NCBI GenBank assembly: GCA_002269645.1 | Contig: NIVC01002297.1 | Location: 121,935-185,934 of the forward strand | Direction of reading: 5' to 3' | Source: Macrostomum lignano | Taxonomy: Eukaryota | DNA: 64,000 nucleotides | Part shown: piece by piece, positions 29,891 to 42,090 of the stretch | Position numbering within the stretch: position 1 is the first letter of the stretch | Layout: each line of letters starts with the position of its first letter | Made by a program: the position numbers and the translations under genes | Notes under the pieces: model-generated | Told to the model about the DNA's origin: nothing | The model's database searches: none | Seen by the model: the letters and a program-made list of their open reading frames with translations, nothing else

Positions 29891-30662
29891 CTAACTGACC
29901 CCTCTCCTCCAATCACCAACAAAAGGGGAAAATTTCAACCCTTTGAATTCAATTTGCCCAAGCAATCAGAGTAGGAAGAAAAATGCAGCCATATTAGCAG
30001 AATTTTAACGACAACCATGAGAAAAGAGAATCGGTCCTAAGAATAGCAGCTTTCCCAGCTCTGGTCTCTGCTCTAGGCTCTCTCTGTTTCTCTCACGGGT
30101 GCGCTCCGCAATTTGTCCGCGGGGGCACACACACAAATTTATTACAATTTTACAATGCGAAATTGACCAACCGCGCCTCCCAAAGTCTATGTCGCTGGGT
30201 GTGTGTTTTTTTAAAAAAACCGACTCCTGCAACTATTAGAAATCAACTTCGTTCTACTTGGCTAAACCTTACCCTTAATCCAATCTCGATGGCAATAATG
30301 AAAATGCATCGTGGAGAGAATTTTGGGAAGCTGAATCTGCAATGGGAAAAGGAGAGAGAGAGAGTCGGAGAGGTCATCATAAAACTGAAGCCCTGCTTGT
30401 TGAAGCTTTGCCAATAATTTTTAGCTGCTCACTGGCAGAGCGGGGGAGGTGGAGAACAGAGGCCAGTTCTGGCTTAGTAACAATAAATTTTACAACTTCG
30501 CCCGTCTCAACCCCACTGAGGGAGTGGGTACTCTTTTCCCTTTGAGTTGGGGCAAGGAGTTTCATAACCAAGAGCCTGGATTAGACAACTACGAGTAACT
30601 GGTGATTGATTTCAGTTTTTAAATCAAGAGTCGCCCCGCCTAATGTTTGCTTCTCTTCTCAA

Positions 30663-31422
30663 TCATTTTTTCTTCTCTCCTCTCTCCTCTCTCCTCTCTC
30701 CTCTCTCTTCTCTACTCTCTCCTCTCTCCTCTCTCCTCTCTCCTCTCTCCTCTCTCCTCTCTCCTCTCTCCTCTCTCCTCTCTCCTCTCTCCTCTCTCTT
30801 CTCTACTCTCTCCTCTCTCCTCTCTCCTCTCTCCTCTCTCTTCTCTACTCTCTCCTCTCTCCTCTCTCCTCTCTCCTCTCTCTTCTCTACTCTCCCCTCT
30901 CTCCTCTCTCCTCTCTCCTCTCTCCTCTCTCTTCTCTACTCTCTCCTCTCTCCTCTCTCCTCTCTCCTCTCTCTTCTCTACTCTCTCCTCTCTCCTCTCT
31001 CTTCTCTACTCTCTCCTCTCTCTTCTCTACTCTCTACTCTCCCCTCTCTCCTCTCTCTTCTCTACTCTCTCCTCTCTCCTCTCTCCTCTCTCCTCTCTCC
31101 TCTCTCCTCTCTCCTCTCTCCTCTCTCCTCTCTCCTCTCTCCTCTCTCCTCTCTCCTCTCTACTCTCTCCTCTTTCCTCTCCCCTCTCTCCTCTCCCCTC
31201 TCTCCTCTCCCCTCTCTCCTCTCTCCTCTCTCCTCTCCCCTCTCTCCTCTCTCCTCTTTCCTCTCTCTTCTCTACTATCTCCTCTCTCCTCTCTCCTCTC
31301 TCCTCACTACTCTATCTTCTTTACTATCTCTCCTCTCCCCTCTCTCCTCTCTCCTCTTTCCTCTCTTTTCTCTACTCTCTCTACTCTCCCTCTCTCCTCT
31401 CTTCACTCCCCTCTCCTCTCTC
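30663..31422. repeat. (CTCTCCT)n heptamer pyrimidine repeat
   Basis: Direct. Confidence 0.95.
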
Positions 31423-32232
31423 CAAATTCACTGCATTATAGTAAAAATCTTTGTGTTCAAATCTTTGAGAACTGTCATATACGAGTCAAGCATGAGTCAC
31501 TGCAAAAAAAATCAGCCTACACTTGTCCGGCCAGAAGTTGTCAATCCAGAATCTGCTCCTAAGTTCTCCTTGGTTGAGCGTAAGCCATTGTTTCTTTCAA
31601 AATGGCCCCCTATAGAGAGAGAGAAGGGAAGGTGAGAGCGGGGAGGAGGGGTTGGAGCAGTTCATGGGTCCCATGGGAGCAAGGGAGGGTGGGGGTGGGA
31701 CCGGACTCACGCCCCCCTAGCCTTGATCAGTTTATATAAATCCTCCGTGCAAATAGCAAACGAAGCTTCTGTGGCCTTTAGGGTTTTTTTGTAAAATAAA
31801 GAGCCCCGCCCGCCGGTCCAGCTTTGACTTTTGCCGCATAAAATCCAGCTCTCTGATTTCAATTTCAAAATTTGGCTACAAATTGAGAATCCGGAGCAGA
31901 CAGAAGGCAGGTAAGCAGGAACTGACCAGCTGACAAAGTGAAGCCCCAGAGACGCTGGGCCCTCTCGGTTTGAATTCGTGCGCAACCCCAACCCCAGCAG
32001 CTCATGCCAAGGGGCACAAATTCGAGCCAACAGGGTCACGCGTCCGGGAGAACTCGACCACCGCTCCGGCTGTGACCTCATGCGGTTCACACCCATGACC
32101 CCCCCTTACTACAAATCTGAGCCAAAAAACACTGCGTTTGCCCTATCGATATTTGTGGTTGAGCAATTCTTAAACAAAGACTAATTAAAGCAAGAGACAA
32201 AAGGCAAGTTTTGCGAGACCGCTGCTACTTGT

Positions 32233-33292
32233 CTCTCTCTGAATCTCTCTCAGTCTCTCTCTGAATCTCTCTCAGTCTCTCTCTCTGAATCTCTCTCAGT
32301 CTCTCTCCAATCTCTCTCAGTCTCTCTCTGAATCTCTCTCAGTCTCTCTCTGAATCTCTCTCAGTCTCTCTCTGAATCTCTCTCAGTCTCTCTCTGAATC
32401 TCTCTCAGTCTCTCTCTGAATCTCTCTCAGTCTCTCTCTGAATCTCTCTCAGTCTCTCTCCAATCTCTCTCAGTCTCTCTCTAAATCTCTCTCAGTCTCT
32501 CTCCACATCTCTCTCAGTCTCTCTCTAAATCTCTCTCAGTCTCTCTCTGAATCTCTCTCAGTCTCTCTCTGAATCTCTCTCAGTCTCTCTCTGAATCTCT
32601 CTCAGTCTCTCTCTGAATCTCTCTCAGTCTCTCTCTGAATCTCTCTCAGTCTCTCTCTGAATCTCTCTCAGTCTCTCTCCAATCTCTCTCAGTCTCTCTC
32701 TGAATCTCTCTCAGTCTCTCTCTGAATCTCTCTCAGTCTCTCTCTGAATCTCTCTCAGTCTCTCTCTGAATCTCTCTCAGTCTCTCTCTGAATCTCTCTC
32801 AGTCTCTCTCTGAATCTCTCTCAGTCTCTCTCTGAATCTCTCTCAGTCTCTCTCTGAATCTCTCTCAGTCTCTCTCTGAATCTCTCTCAGTCTCTCTCTG
32901 AATCTCTCTCAGTCTCTCTCTGAATCTCTCTCAGTCTCTCTCTAAATCTCTCTCAGTCTCTCTCTAAATCTCTCTCATTCTCTCTCTGAATCTCTCTCAG
33001 TCTCTCTCTAAATCTCTCTCAGTCTCTCTCTGAATCTCTCTCAGTCTCTCTCTAAATCTCTCTCAGTCTCTCTCTGAATCTCTCTCAGTCTCTCTCTGAA
33101 TCTCTCCCAGTCTCTCTCTGAATCTCTCTCAGTCTCTCTCTGAATCTCTCTCAGTCTCTCTCTGAATCTCTCTCAGTCTCTCTCTGAATCTCTCTCAGTC
33201 TCTCTCTGAATCTCTCTCAGTCTCTCTCTGAATCTCTCTCAGTCTCTCTCTGAATCTCTCTCAGTCTCTCTCTGAATCTCTCTCAGTCTCTC
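32233..33292. repeat. 22-bp minisatellite (TCTCTCTCTGAATCTCTCTCAG)n
   Basis: Direct. Confidence 0.97.
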
Positions 33293-33727
33293 TTCACATC
33301 TCTCCCACTCTCTCTTCACATTTCCCAGTCACCCTCCACATCTGTCCACATCCGCAAGCAAATAGTCTTGGATAATTGGGATGCAAATTTTCTGAAAGCC
33401 GAAAATACCACGTCTTTGAGACCCCCGCTGTGCATCCAACATAAAATTGAGCTATCCATTGAAAATTGTTAGCCAAACAATTTTTATGATCGGGCAGCTG
33501 GGGCTCTCTCAAAGTGAGGTCGGTTTGCTTGTTTCTTTGTCTATTATTGTATTTAAATAAATTGCTTTGATTTACTTAATCGGCTTCTGTATTGATTTTT
33601 TTCTCAGTGTTTTTAGCCAACACCTGCATATTTGAAATTGCTATAGCCTACTGCAGTTTGAGAATTTGGGTAGAACTGCACCTTTTTAGGGTGGTTAGTG
33701 TGTCAAAGGTGGTCATCTGCATGCCCC

Positions 33728-33930
33728 TCTGACACTCTGACCCTCTGACCCCTCTGACCCATCTGACCCTCTGACCCACTCTGACCCTCTGCCCCTCTGA
33801 CCCCTCTGACCCCTCTGACCCCTCTGACCCCTCTGATCCATCTGACCCTCTGACCCACTCTGACACTCTGCCCCTCTGACCCCTCTGACCCCTCTGACCC
33901 CTCTGACCCCTCCGATCCCTCTGACCCTCT
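33728..33930. repeat. About 9-bp repeat (CCCTCTGAC)n
   Basis: Direct. Confidence 0.9.
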
Positions 33931-33964
33931 TGGTCTGACACTTTGGCATCCCTCTCAACTAGAA

Positions 33965-34561
33965 AATGACACTCTTGCAATTAGACAATGGCATCCCTTG
34001 CAATTAGACAATGGCATCCCTCTCAACTAGAAAATGACACTCTTGCAATTAGACAATGGCATCCCTTGCAATTTAGACAATGGCATCCCTTGCAATTAGA
34101 CAATGGCATACCCTTGCAGGTAGACAATGGCATACCCTTGCAGGTAGACAATGGCACACCCTTGCAAGTAGACAATGGCATACCCTTGCAAGTAGACAAT
34201 GGCATCCCTTGCAAGTAGACAATGGCATCCCTTGCAAGTAGACAATGGCATACCCTTGCAGGTAGACAATGGCATACCCTTGCAGGTAGACAATGGCATA
34301 CCCTTGCAGGTAGACAATGGCATTCCTTGCAATTAGACAATGGCATCCCTTGCAAGTAGACAATGGCATTCCTTGCAATTAGACAATGGCATACCCTTGC
34401 AAGCAGACAATGGCATCCCTTGCAAGTAGACAATGGCACACCCTTGCAAGTAGATAATGGCATACCCTTGCAAGTAGACAATGGCATCCCTTGCAAGTAG
34501 ACAATGGCATACCCTTGCAAGTAGACAATGGCATCCCTTGCAAGTAGACAATGGCATCCCT
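33965..34561. repeat. 23/24-bp minisatellite (GACAATGGCAT[A]CCCTTGCAAGTA)n
   Basis: Direct. Confidence 0.95.
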
Positions 34562-35404
34562 AACACACAGCCGGGTGATCTGGGTGACAGCTGGCAAGGT
34601 CTGTAGCTGAGCGATGAGTCAGTGGCTGAGGCCAGTGAGCAGAGAATTCCAACTGGGATTGAACTCGCAGCGCACACACACAGCTAGGCAGAAGGTATTC
34701 CTAAACTCAATCTGGAGCAGGTGCTCATTAATTAATCAGCTTACTGGGCTTTCAATTCTTCTCCTTAGTCTGCTCAGTCCTGCCACTAAGAACTCCCTTT
34801 GACACGCGGCCAACGAAACTAGTAATTGAACTTCAATATCGAAATTCTGTAAAAAAAATTACGCAAGCCAAACAATGCATATGATTTAAAACTGTAAGGA
34901 TCAAAGCTGGTATTCTCAATTCACTCTACACTTGCACTTGGGAATGGAATTGGGAATAATACTGTTCTATAAGCCTCTCTTTATTAGTGGCGGACACTAG
35001 CTCCCAATCTGATGTTTTATTCATTGCCGCTTGGGCCTCCTGCAACAATATACAGTAGCATATATACAGTCGCAGGGTTGCCCCCTAATGCAGTATGTAG
35101 AATAGCCACGATACGGCGCATGGCATATCTGGTCGGCTTGTCACTCGTCGCATTGTTTAGGCAATAGCGCGCGTGGGTAACGGTGACGCAGTGCTGGCAG
35201 GGGTCTTGCCGATCTGCGCAGCTTTTATTGTTGTTAAGGCCTTGTTTTAATACGGCCGTGGGCGGTGATTTGTGAGCATTGGTCTTGGGTGAATTCATTT
35301 TAGCCTCTTTAACTGCTCTTTCTTGACTTTGTGTGCTTTTGCTCTCTTCTTTTGTCTTTATTTAGCTACATGTTCTCCCCCTCTCTTGCCTGAACCCTCT
35401 TCTT

Positions 35405-36115
35405 CTGTCTGCCTTCTCTCCGTCCCTTCTTCCCCCCTCTCTGCCTCTCTGTCCCTTCTTCTCCACCTCTCCGTCCCTTCTTCTCCCCCTCTCTGTCCCT
35501 TCTTCTCCCCCTCTCTGTCCCTTCTTCTCCACCTCTCCGTCCCTTCTTCTCCACCTCTCCGTCCCTTCTTCTCCCCCTCTCTGTCCCTTCTTCTCCCCCT
35601 CTCCGTCCCTTCTTCTCCACCTCTCCGTCCCTTCTTCTCCACCTCTCCGTCCCTTCTTCTCCCCCTCTCCGTCCCTTCTTCTCCCCCTCTCTGTCCCTTC
35701 TTCTCCCCCTCTCTGTCCCTTCTTCTCCACCTCTCCGTCCCTTCTTCCCCCCTCTCTGCCTCTCTGTCCCTTCTTCTCCACCTCTCCGTCCCTTCTTCTC
35801 CACCTCTCCGTCCCTTCTTCTCCACCTCTCTGTCCCTTCTTCTCCCTCTCTCTGTCCCTTCTTCTCCCCCTCTCTGTCCCTTCTTCTCCCTCTCTCCGTC
35901 CCTTCTTCTCCCCCTCTCTCCGTCCCTTCTTCTCCCCCTTCTCTGTCCCTTCTTCTCCCCCTCTCTGTCCCTTCTTCTCCCTCTCTCCGTCCCTTCTTCT
36001 CCCCCTCTCTCCGTCCCTTCTTCTCCCCCTCTCTCCGTCCCTTCTTCTCCCCCTCTCTCCGTCCCTTCTTCTCCCCCTCTCCGTCCCTTCTTCTCCCCCT
36101 TCTCTGTCCCTTCTC
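35405..36115. repeat. Pyrimidine-rich repeat of about 24 bp (CTCTCCGTCCCTTCTTCTCCCC-like)
   Basis: Direct. Confidence 0.92.
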
Positions 36116-36637
36116 CCCATTTCTGTACCTTATTTTTCCCTCTCTGTCCCTTCCCCTGCCTTACAGTTTCCACATCCTGTCTCACGGCCCATCCCCGCTT
36201 CTCCCAACCCTCACCTTTCTGTTGATTAGCGCCCCTTCGGTGCATCGGTAAATCTGTGTTTTTCCACTTCCAATTTGCCTGTTTTTCCCGTTATATTCAG
36301 TATTTTTAGACTCGAGAAAATCATCTCAACCGATCTCATGCTTTTCTGAATTGGCCACCTACTGCGCCTATACAATTTACGTAATTGCCACGGCCAATAT
36401 TGCCGATTCGGCAAGCTATTGGAGATTAGCCAAGAAAGGTTTGAAAAACATATTTGAGGAGTTTTATGATGAATTTCTCGACCACAATCTACCGTACCCA
36501 GAATGTGTCAGTGTTTATGTAAATTGTTTTATCTAAAACTAAGTTAAATTTGTCGCCACTACTTCAAGTAGCCGATTATGATGCACACAAATATTTGACT
36601 GAGTTTTTATAACTGCATAGTGAGTAATTACTATTGG

Positions 36638-37273
36638 TCTAACAGGTGACACTATCCTGTCTAACAGGTGACACTAAACCTGTCTAACAGGTGACACTAA
36701 ACCTGTCTAACAGGTAACACTAAACCTGTCTAACAGGTAACACTAAACCTGTCTAACAGGTGACACTAAACCTGTCTAACAGGTAACACTAAACCTGTCT
36801 AACAGGTAACACTAAACCTGTCTAACAGGTAACACTAAACCTGTCTAACAGGTAACACTAAACCTGTCTAACAGGTGACACTAAACCTGTCTAACAGGTG
36901 ACACTAAACCTGTCTAACAGGTGACACTAAACCTGTCTAGCAGGTGACACTATCCTGTCTAACAGGTGACACTATCCTGTCTAACAGGTGACACTATCCT
37001 GTCTAACAGGTGACACTAAACCTGTCTAACAGGTGACACTAAACCTGTCTAACAGGTGACACTATCCTGTCTAACAGGTGACACTATCCTGTCTAACAGG
37101 TGACACTATCCTGTCTAACAGGTGACACTTACCTGTCTAACAGGTGACACTTACCTGTCTAACAGGTGACACTAAACCTGTCTAACAGGTGACACTATCC
37201 TGTCTAACAGGTGACACTATCCTGTCTAACAGGTGACACTATCCTGTCTAACAGGTGACACTAAACCTGTCTA
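36638..37273. repeat. 22/23-bp minisatellite (TAACAGGTGACACTAAACCTGTC)n upstream of the fibrinogen-related gene
   Basis: Direct. Confidence 0.96.
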
Positions 37274-37569
37274 TCAAGGACCACAAAATATGCCGCTATT
37301 TTCCATTAATAAAGAGATGTCACGAAGCCAATCTGTAGTTATAAGCCAACGCAGCCATCTTAGTCTCCTTGCCTTCATCTTCGGAGCAATAAATTAACAA
37401 CACCGGAAATGCTACACAGGTGTAAGGCGAAGAACAAGCTGTGAAATTTCAAACAAATCAGTTTTTAACCAGATTCGAATTAGTCTGTATATAGATGCAA
37501 GCACAAGAGAGAATTTAAGTCAAGTGACCTAATTCGAACAACAGTTTATTTCAAAATAAGCCTGTCGAA

Positions 37570-38152
37570 ATGCCAACTAAAATTCTAGCAGCTGTTTTGC
37601 TAATTACAGTTACAGGAATTTGTCGGCCGACTCTCGCTGATCCAGTCGAGCCAGTGCTCACCTATGAGACAGTGTGCGAGCCACTCAGCTACAATGGCCT
37701 GTACCTGAGACACCAACTCGAGCTGCCCATCACATTGAACATGACTTCAACGTCAGATTTCACCCTGATCGACATCGACACCAAAGTGGACAGCGCGCTG
37801 ATGGCTTTGCACCATCACAAGATGCGCATCACTGTGCAGCCGGCATTTCAACCGCGACTAGCGGCTCTGGTCTTCATCTGTCCGACCTTCTACCGGTGCC
37901 AGCAGTTGAAAGAATCTGTGGCCAGCAACCCGGAAACTGTGTGGCGCTCCATCCAGTTCAGTTTGAGCGCGCAGATCGGCAACAAAATAAATCGTTATAA
38001 AAATCTTCGCACGGCTAATCTGCCGTCCATCGCGTGCGACCCGGGCCGGTGGGTGGTCTTCCAACGACGCGTTGACGACAGCCTGTCGTTTGCGCAGGAC
38101 TGGGACGCCTACGTGAACGGGTTCGGTTCGCCCGGCTCCAACTACTGGATGG
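37570..38152 (+). CDS. Secreted fibrinogen-related protein (FReP), exon 1
   Basis: Hydrophobic signal peptide MPTKILAAVLLITVTGIC; FBG-domain start WVVFQRRVDDSLSFAQDWDAYVNGFGSPGSNYWM(G); donor G|GTGAGT, phase 1. Confidence 0.9.
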
Positions 38153-38204
38153 GTGAGTTCTCGCGGGGGGGGGGGGCAAAGCAAGGGGTGTTTCATAGAT
38201 TTTA

Positions 38205-39025
38205 AAAGTCACAAGCTACAAGCTGAATAGCTACAAGTCACAAGCTACAAGCTGAATAGCTACAAGTCACAAGCTACAAGCTGAATAGCTACAAGTCACA
38301 AGCTACAAGCTGAATAGCTACAAGTCACAAGCTACAAGCTGAATAGCTACAAGTCACAAGCTACAAGCTGAATAGCTACAAGTCACAAGCTACAAGCTGA
38401 ATAGCTACAAGTCACAAGCTACAAGCTGAATAGCTACAAGTCACAAGCTACAAGCTGAATAGCTACAAGTCACAAGCTACAAGCTGAATAGCTACAAGTC
38501 ACAAGCTACAAGCTGAATAGCTACAAGTCACAAGCTACAAGCTGAATAGCTACAAGTCACAAGCTACAAGCTGAATAGCTACAAGTCACAAGCTACAAGC
38601 TGAATAGCTACAAGTCACAAGCTACAAGCTGAATAGCTACAAGTCACAAGCTACAAGCTGAATAGCTACAAGTCACAAGCTACAAGCTGAATAGCTACAA
38701 GTCACAAGCTACAAGCTGAATAGCTACAAGTCACAAGCTACAAGCTGAATAGCTACAAGTCACAAGCTACAAGCTGAATAGCTACAAGTCACAAGCTACA
38801 AGCTGAATAGCTACAAGTCACAAGCTACAAGCTGAATAGCTACAAGTCACAAGCTACAAGCTGAATAGCTACAAGTCACAAGCTACAAGCTGAATAGCTA
38901 CAAGTCACAAGCTACAAGCTGAATAGCTACAAGTCACAAGCTACAAGCTGAATAGCTACAAGTCACAAGCTACAAGCTGAATAGCTACAAGTCACAAGCT
39001 ACAAGCTGAATAGCTACAAGTCACA
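38205..39025. repeat. Homogeneous 29-bp minisatellite (AAGTCACAAGCTACAAGCTGAATAGCTAC)n in the FReP intron
   Basis: Direct; no unit variants seen. Confidence 0.98.
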
Positions 39026-40993
39026 GTCTCGGGTTCTCTCACTCTCACCCGACGCCGCCGCATCGGGCTCGGCTCGTTCAGTGGTGGAACTGGGCCACTC
39101 AGCACATCCGCGTGTAAACTACTTTCATTTCAGTAGCAAATTAAACTGAAGCATTTTATTGTATTTTTAAAGACAGGGCATGTTTATTAGCTCTTACCCC
39201 CAAGCTTAAACCCTCAAACTCTCTACCCCTGCCTCGCCGCCGATCAATTTTTATTTCCTTGCTTGGTTTGTTCTAGCCTTAAATCTGCCATGTACATTTC
39301 ACTGCCCAATGTACATTATTGCTGAACCAATTAGCAAGTTGTTTACCTCTGAAAGCTTGGGTTCTAAACTTATCAAAGGTCATCTCAGCTGCATTTATTC
39401 TTATAATAATAATAATAATAATAATAGTTACGCCCCACGCCAGCCACAGAAGTGGCCAAAAAGGGGGGGAGCGTCAAATCGCGCGTTTCAGCCGGTCCTG
39501 TCTGCTAGAGATCATTAAAGGGGCTCAAGTTGCGGATGATGATGCTGATGGTGACGCCAGTGAATATTAGAGTATAGAGAATATTAGCTTAGGCTATAAC
39601 GATCCGGAGTTAAGCATCCACCCCCCCTCGGACATAAAACTGTCAAAGTTGCACCCGACCTTGATGAATTAAAGCAAAATATGGGCTTTTTATACTCCAA
39701 TAAAATACTAATACAAAAAAATGTTGCAGAAGTTATCTAATTAGTAGCCAAAAAGAATTGATTAGTCGATGCAGACTGCATTTTTTATTTTGCAATAACT
39801 GCCACATTCTTCTCATTAAAAAAAGAGTTTTTATTAAAAACTTGGGAATTCAAAACTACAGAAAAAATAATTTGATATGGTTAAAATAATAGTTTCCCAG
39901 CTCAAATAAAACGGCAGGAGCTGAGAGGAAATAAATCTACTAGTTTGTCAGTTTAAATTTTGAAGAAAAGTTTTAACAATTAAAAATGTTAGGGTTAAAA
40001 ATTTTATCAAGTAAATTTTTATTGACTGATATGCTTTGCACTCCTTCTATACTATTGCCTATAGAATTCCGTGGTCAAGCGTTTGAATTCACTCGACAAG
40101 TCAGGCCATAGACAACTCGATTTTTCATGTCTATCTCCTCTCCTTCCTATTACTAAAAGTGGTGCGATGTTTGTCTATCTGTATGTTTTAAGTGAACTCC
40201 TACAATTCTGGCAAGTCAGCGTCGAAACTTATATGGGAAAACTGCGAATTTTCCGGAGCAGGCTTATATACTAATTTTCACGTGTTGTTTGTCTGTCTTA
40301 ATATAGAACGATGGGCCACAATAGAAGGAACGGTTTTTGTTTCCATTTATAGAGAGAACAAAGCAAACATCCATGAAGCATATTTAATTTAGATCAAACC
40401 AACTTGATCTATAGTGGACCCAGAAGCACCCATTATGCGCACGTTGACAAACCAGAGGGGTCCTAAAGTTACGGTTTGCATGACCATATGCGACTTGATG
40501 CATTTTGTCATCTAGAGAGAATATAGAATCTGTAACTGCAACAGCCACAACAAAGATTTCAGAGACTTAGGAGAAGAGTCTAAAAATAGTTTATTCTACA
40601 TCGATTTGAGACATGGACATAAATTTAATCTGCCTAATAGAACAATCTTGAGGCGACTCCGATATTCTGAGTGGAATCGAGCAAAAAAGGTGCCTTCTCG
40701 AGTTAATTCAAACGTTTCGCCATTAGAATTCTATAGACCGTTCCGTTTCGCATGCCCACTGTTCAAAATAGCACGACCAAAGGGGGTGTTTGATATACAA
40801 CTTGTAGTGGCTACTGTTTTGTGTCGCATCCTGTATATACGTTGCTTTAGTTGTCCTGGTAGCGTCTAACTTGTAAAATATATGAAACACCCCCAGTAAG
40901 CATAGAGAGAGCCGAAAGTCATACGAGTAATGTTCGAGTTTTTTGTTTACTCGAATGTTCCAATATACTCTCAATAAGCCAGTTGGATGCAAA

Positions 40994-41752
40994 TCAGTCG
41001 AACGGAGAAACGCACTCCATCAGGCCTCCGGTGTATCCAGCATTGGTCTCGGTATTGTCCAGCAGTTTGTTGTCGTAGCGAGTTTCCGAGGTCACAACCA
41101 GTTCAGCTCCAGCCAAATTATTGGGCTCGTTAGGCACCCAAAGACTTCCACTGCCGCTGAGCTCCAAATCGCAGCTCACCCAGCGGAAACCGCCAGTCGG
41201 CTCGTCGCTACCCGGAGATTGAATTCCACCGTGCATGATGGCAGTCCAGCCGTACATCATCGAAATTTTGTATTGGTGAGCCAGTTCAGCTTGATCGAGC
41301 ACGTCCGACATGATGACCAATCCGGGCAGCGATTCGGCTACGGATTTGTAGAAGTTCCAACTGGTGGCGCCCTGCACCAGCTTGTACTTGGTGCCGCACA
41401 GGTCGTCAGCGAATCCGACGGGGCACAGGGCGCCAGCAGGCAGCCCGCGCCGCTGCTTCACAAACACGCGGCCAGACTGAGCGCAGGGGCCGCACTCTCT
41501 CACGTACTTGCTGCACTTGTCGAACACGAACAGCTGGCACGGACCGTCGATCATGTTGAAGGCCTGGCAGCGATCGTTGTCAGCGCAACGGAAAGCGCAA
41601 TCCACCTGAGTGCGAGCGTCAGTCCAGGTCTCAATGAACTGGCTTTTAACGCACATGAGGCCGACAATTTCAGTGAAATGTTCACCGACACTGCTGCTTG
41701 CAATTAGCTGCAGGCAACTGGTCAAGGCTAAGGCCAACCAGTTTGACAGCAT
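40994..41752 (-). CDS. Intronless secreted protein with PAN/apple-like and C-type lectin-like domains, nested antisense in the FReP intron
   Basis: 252-aa ORF with signal peptide; CAFRCADNDRCQAFN...CQL fits the PAN/apple Cys pattern; FRW...W.PNEPNN...E and terminal ECV fit a CTLD with EPN motif; GC-rich codon usage. Confidence 0.82.
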   Translation of the reverse strand: MLSNWLALALTSCLQLIASSSVGEHFTEIVGLMCVKSQFIETWTDARTQVDCAFRCADNDRCQAFNMIDGPCQLFVFDKCSKYVRECGPCAQSGRVFVKQRRGLPAGALCPVGFADDLCGTKYKLVQGATSWNFYKSVAESLPGLVIMSDVLDQAELAHQYKISMMYGWTAIMHGGIQSPGSDEPTGGFRWVSCDLELSGSGSLWVPNEPNNLAGAELVVTSETRYDNKLLDNTETNAGYTGGLMECVSPFD

Positions 41753-41988
41753 GATTGTTAGTAAGACACAGTGACGAAGTTAAGTTGATACGGGCTGGGA
41801 ACTACGCTGCGGCTCTTATGCGTAGCTTGAATTCTGCCGCTAAGATGATTGTTTCAGCCCCTACAGTATTCCCGTGGAACTTTCGGATTGGCTGGGAGAG
41901 TACTAAAGTAGAATGGAATGATATTGCAATTACTGTATCTACAGTGAAGATATGTAAAGCGTTACACACGAGCTACACACGAACTTTT

Positions 41989-42090
41989 ATTAGTGACAAG
42001 CTACATCATACAAGTTGATTAGTGACAAGCTACATCATACAAGTTGATTAGTGACAAGCTACATGATACAAGTTGATTAGTGACAAGCTA
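41989..42090. repeat. 29-bp repeat x3.5 (TTAGTGACAAGCTACATCATACAAGTTGA) ending at the mariner TA target
   Basis: Direct. Confidence 0.85.

Noticed and set aside
36950-37260. AGGTGACACTAT match to the SP6 promoter (and GACTATAG resemblance to T7 in the 48-bp satellite)
   Set aside because: Partial match embedded in a native tandem unit with no other vector sequence; chance
38205-39025. Perfect 29-bp repeats suggestive of a CRISPR array
   Set aside because: Units are directly adjacent with no unique spacers; no cas genes; eukaryotic intron context
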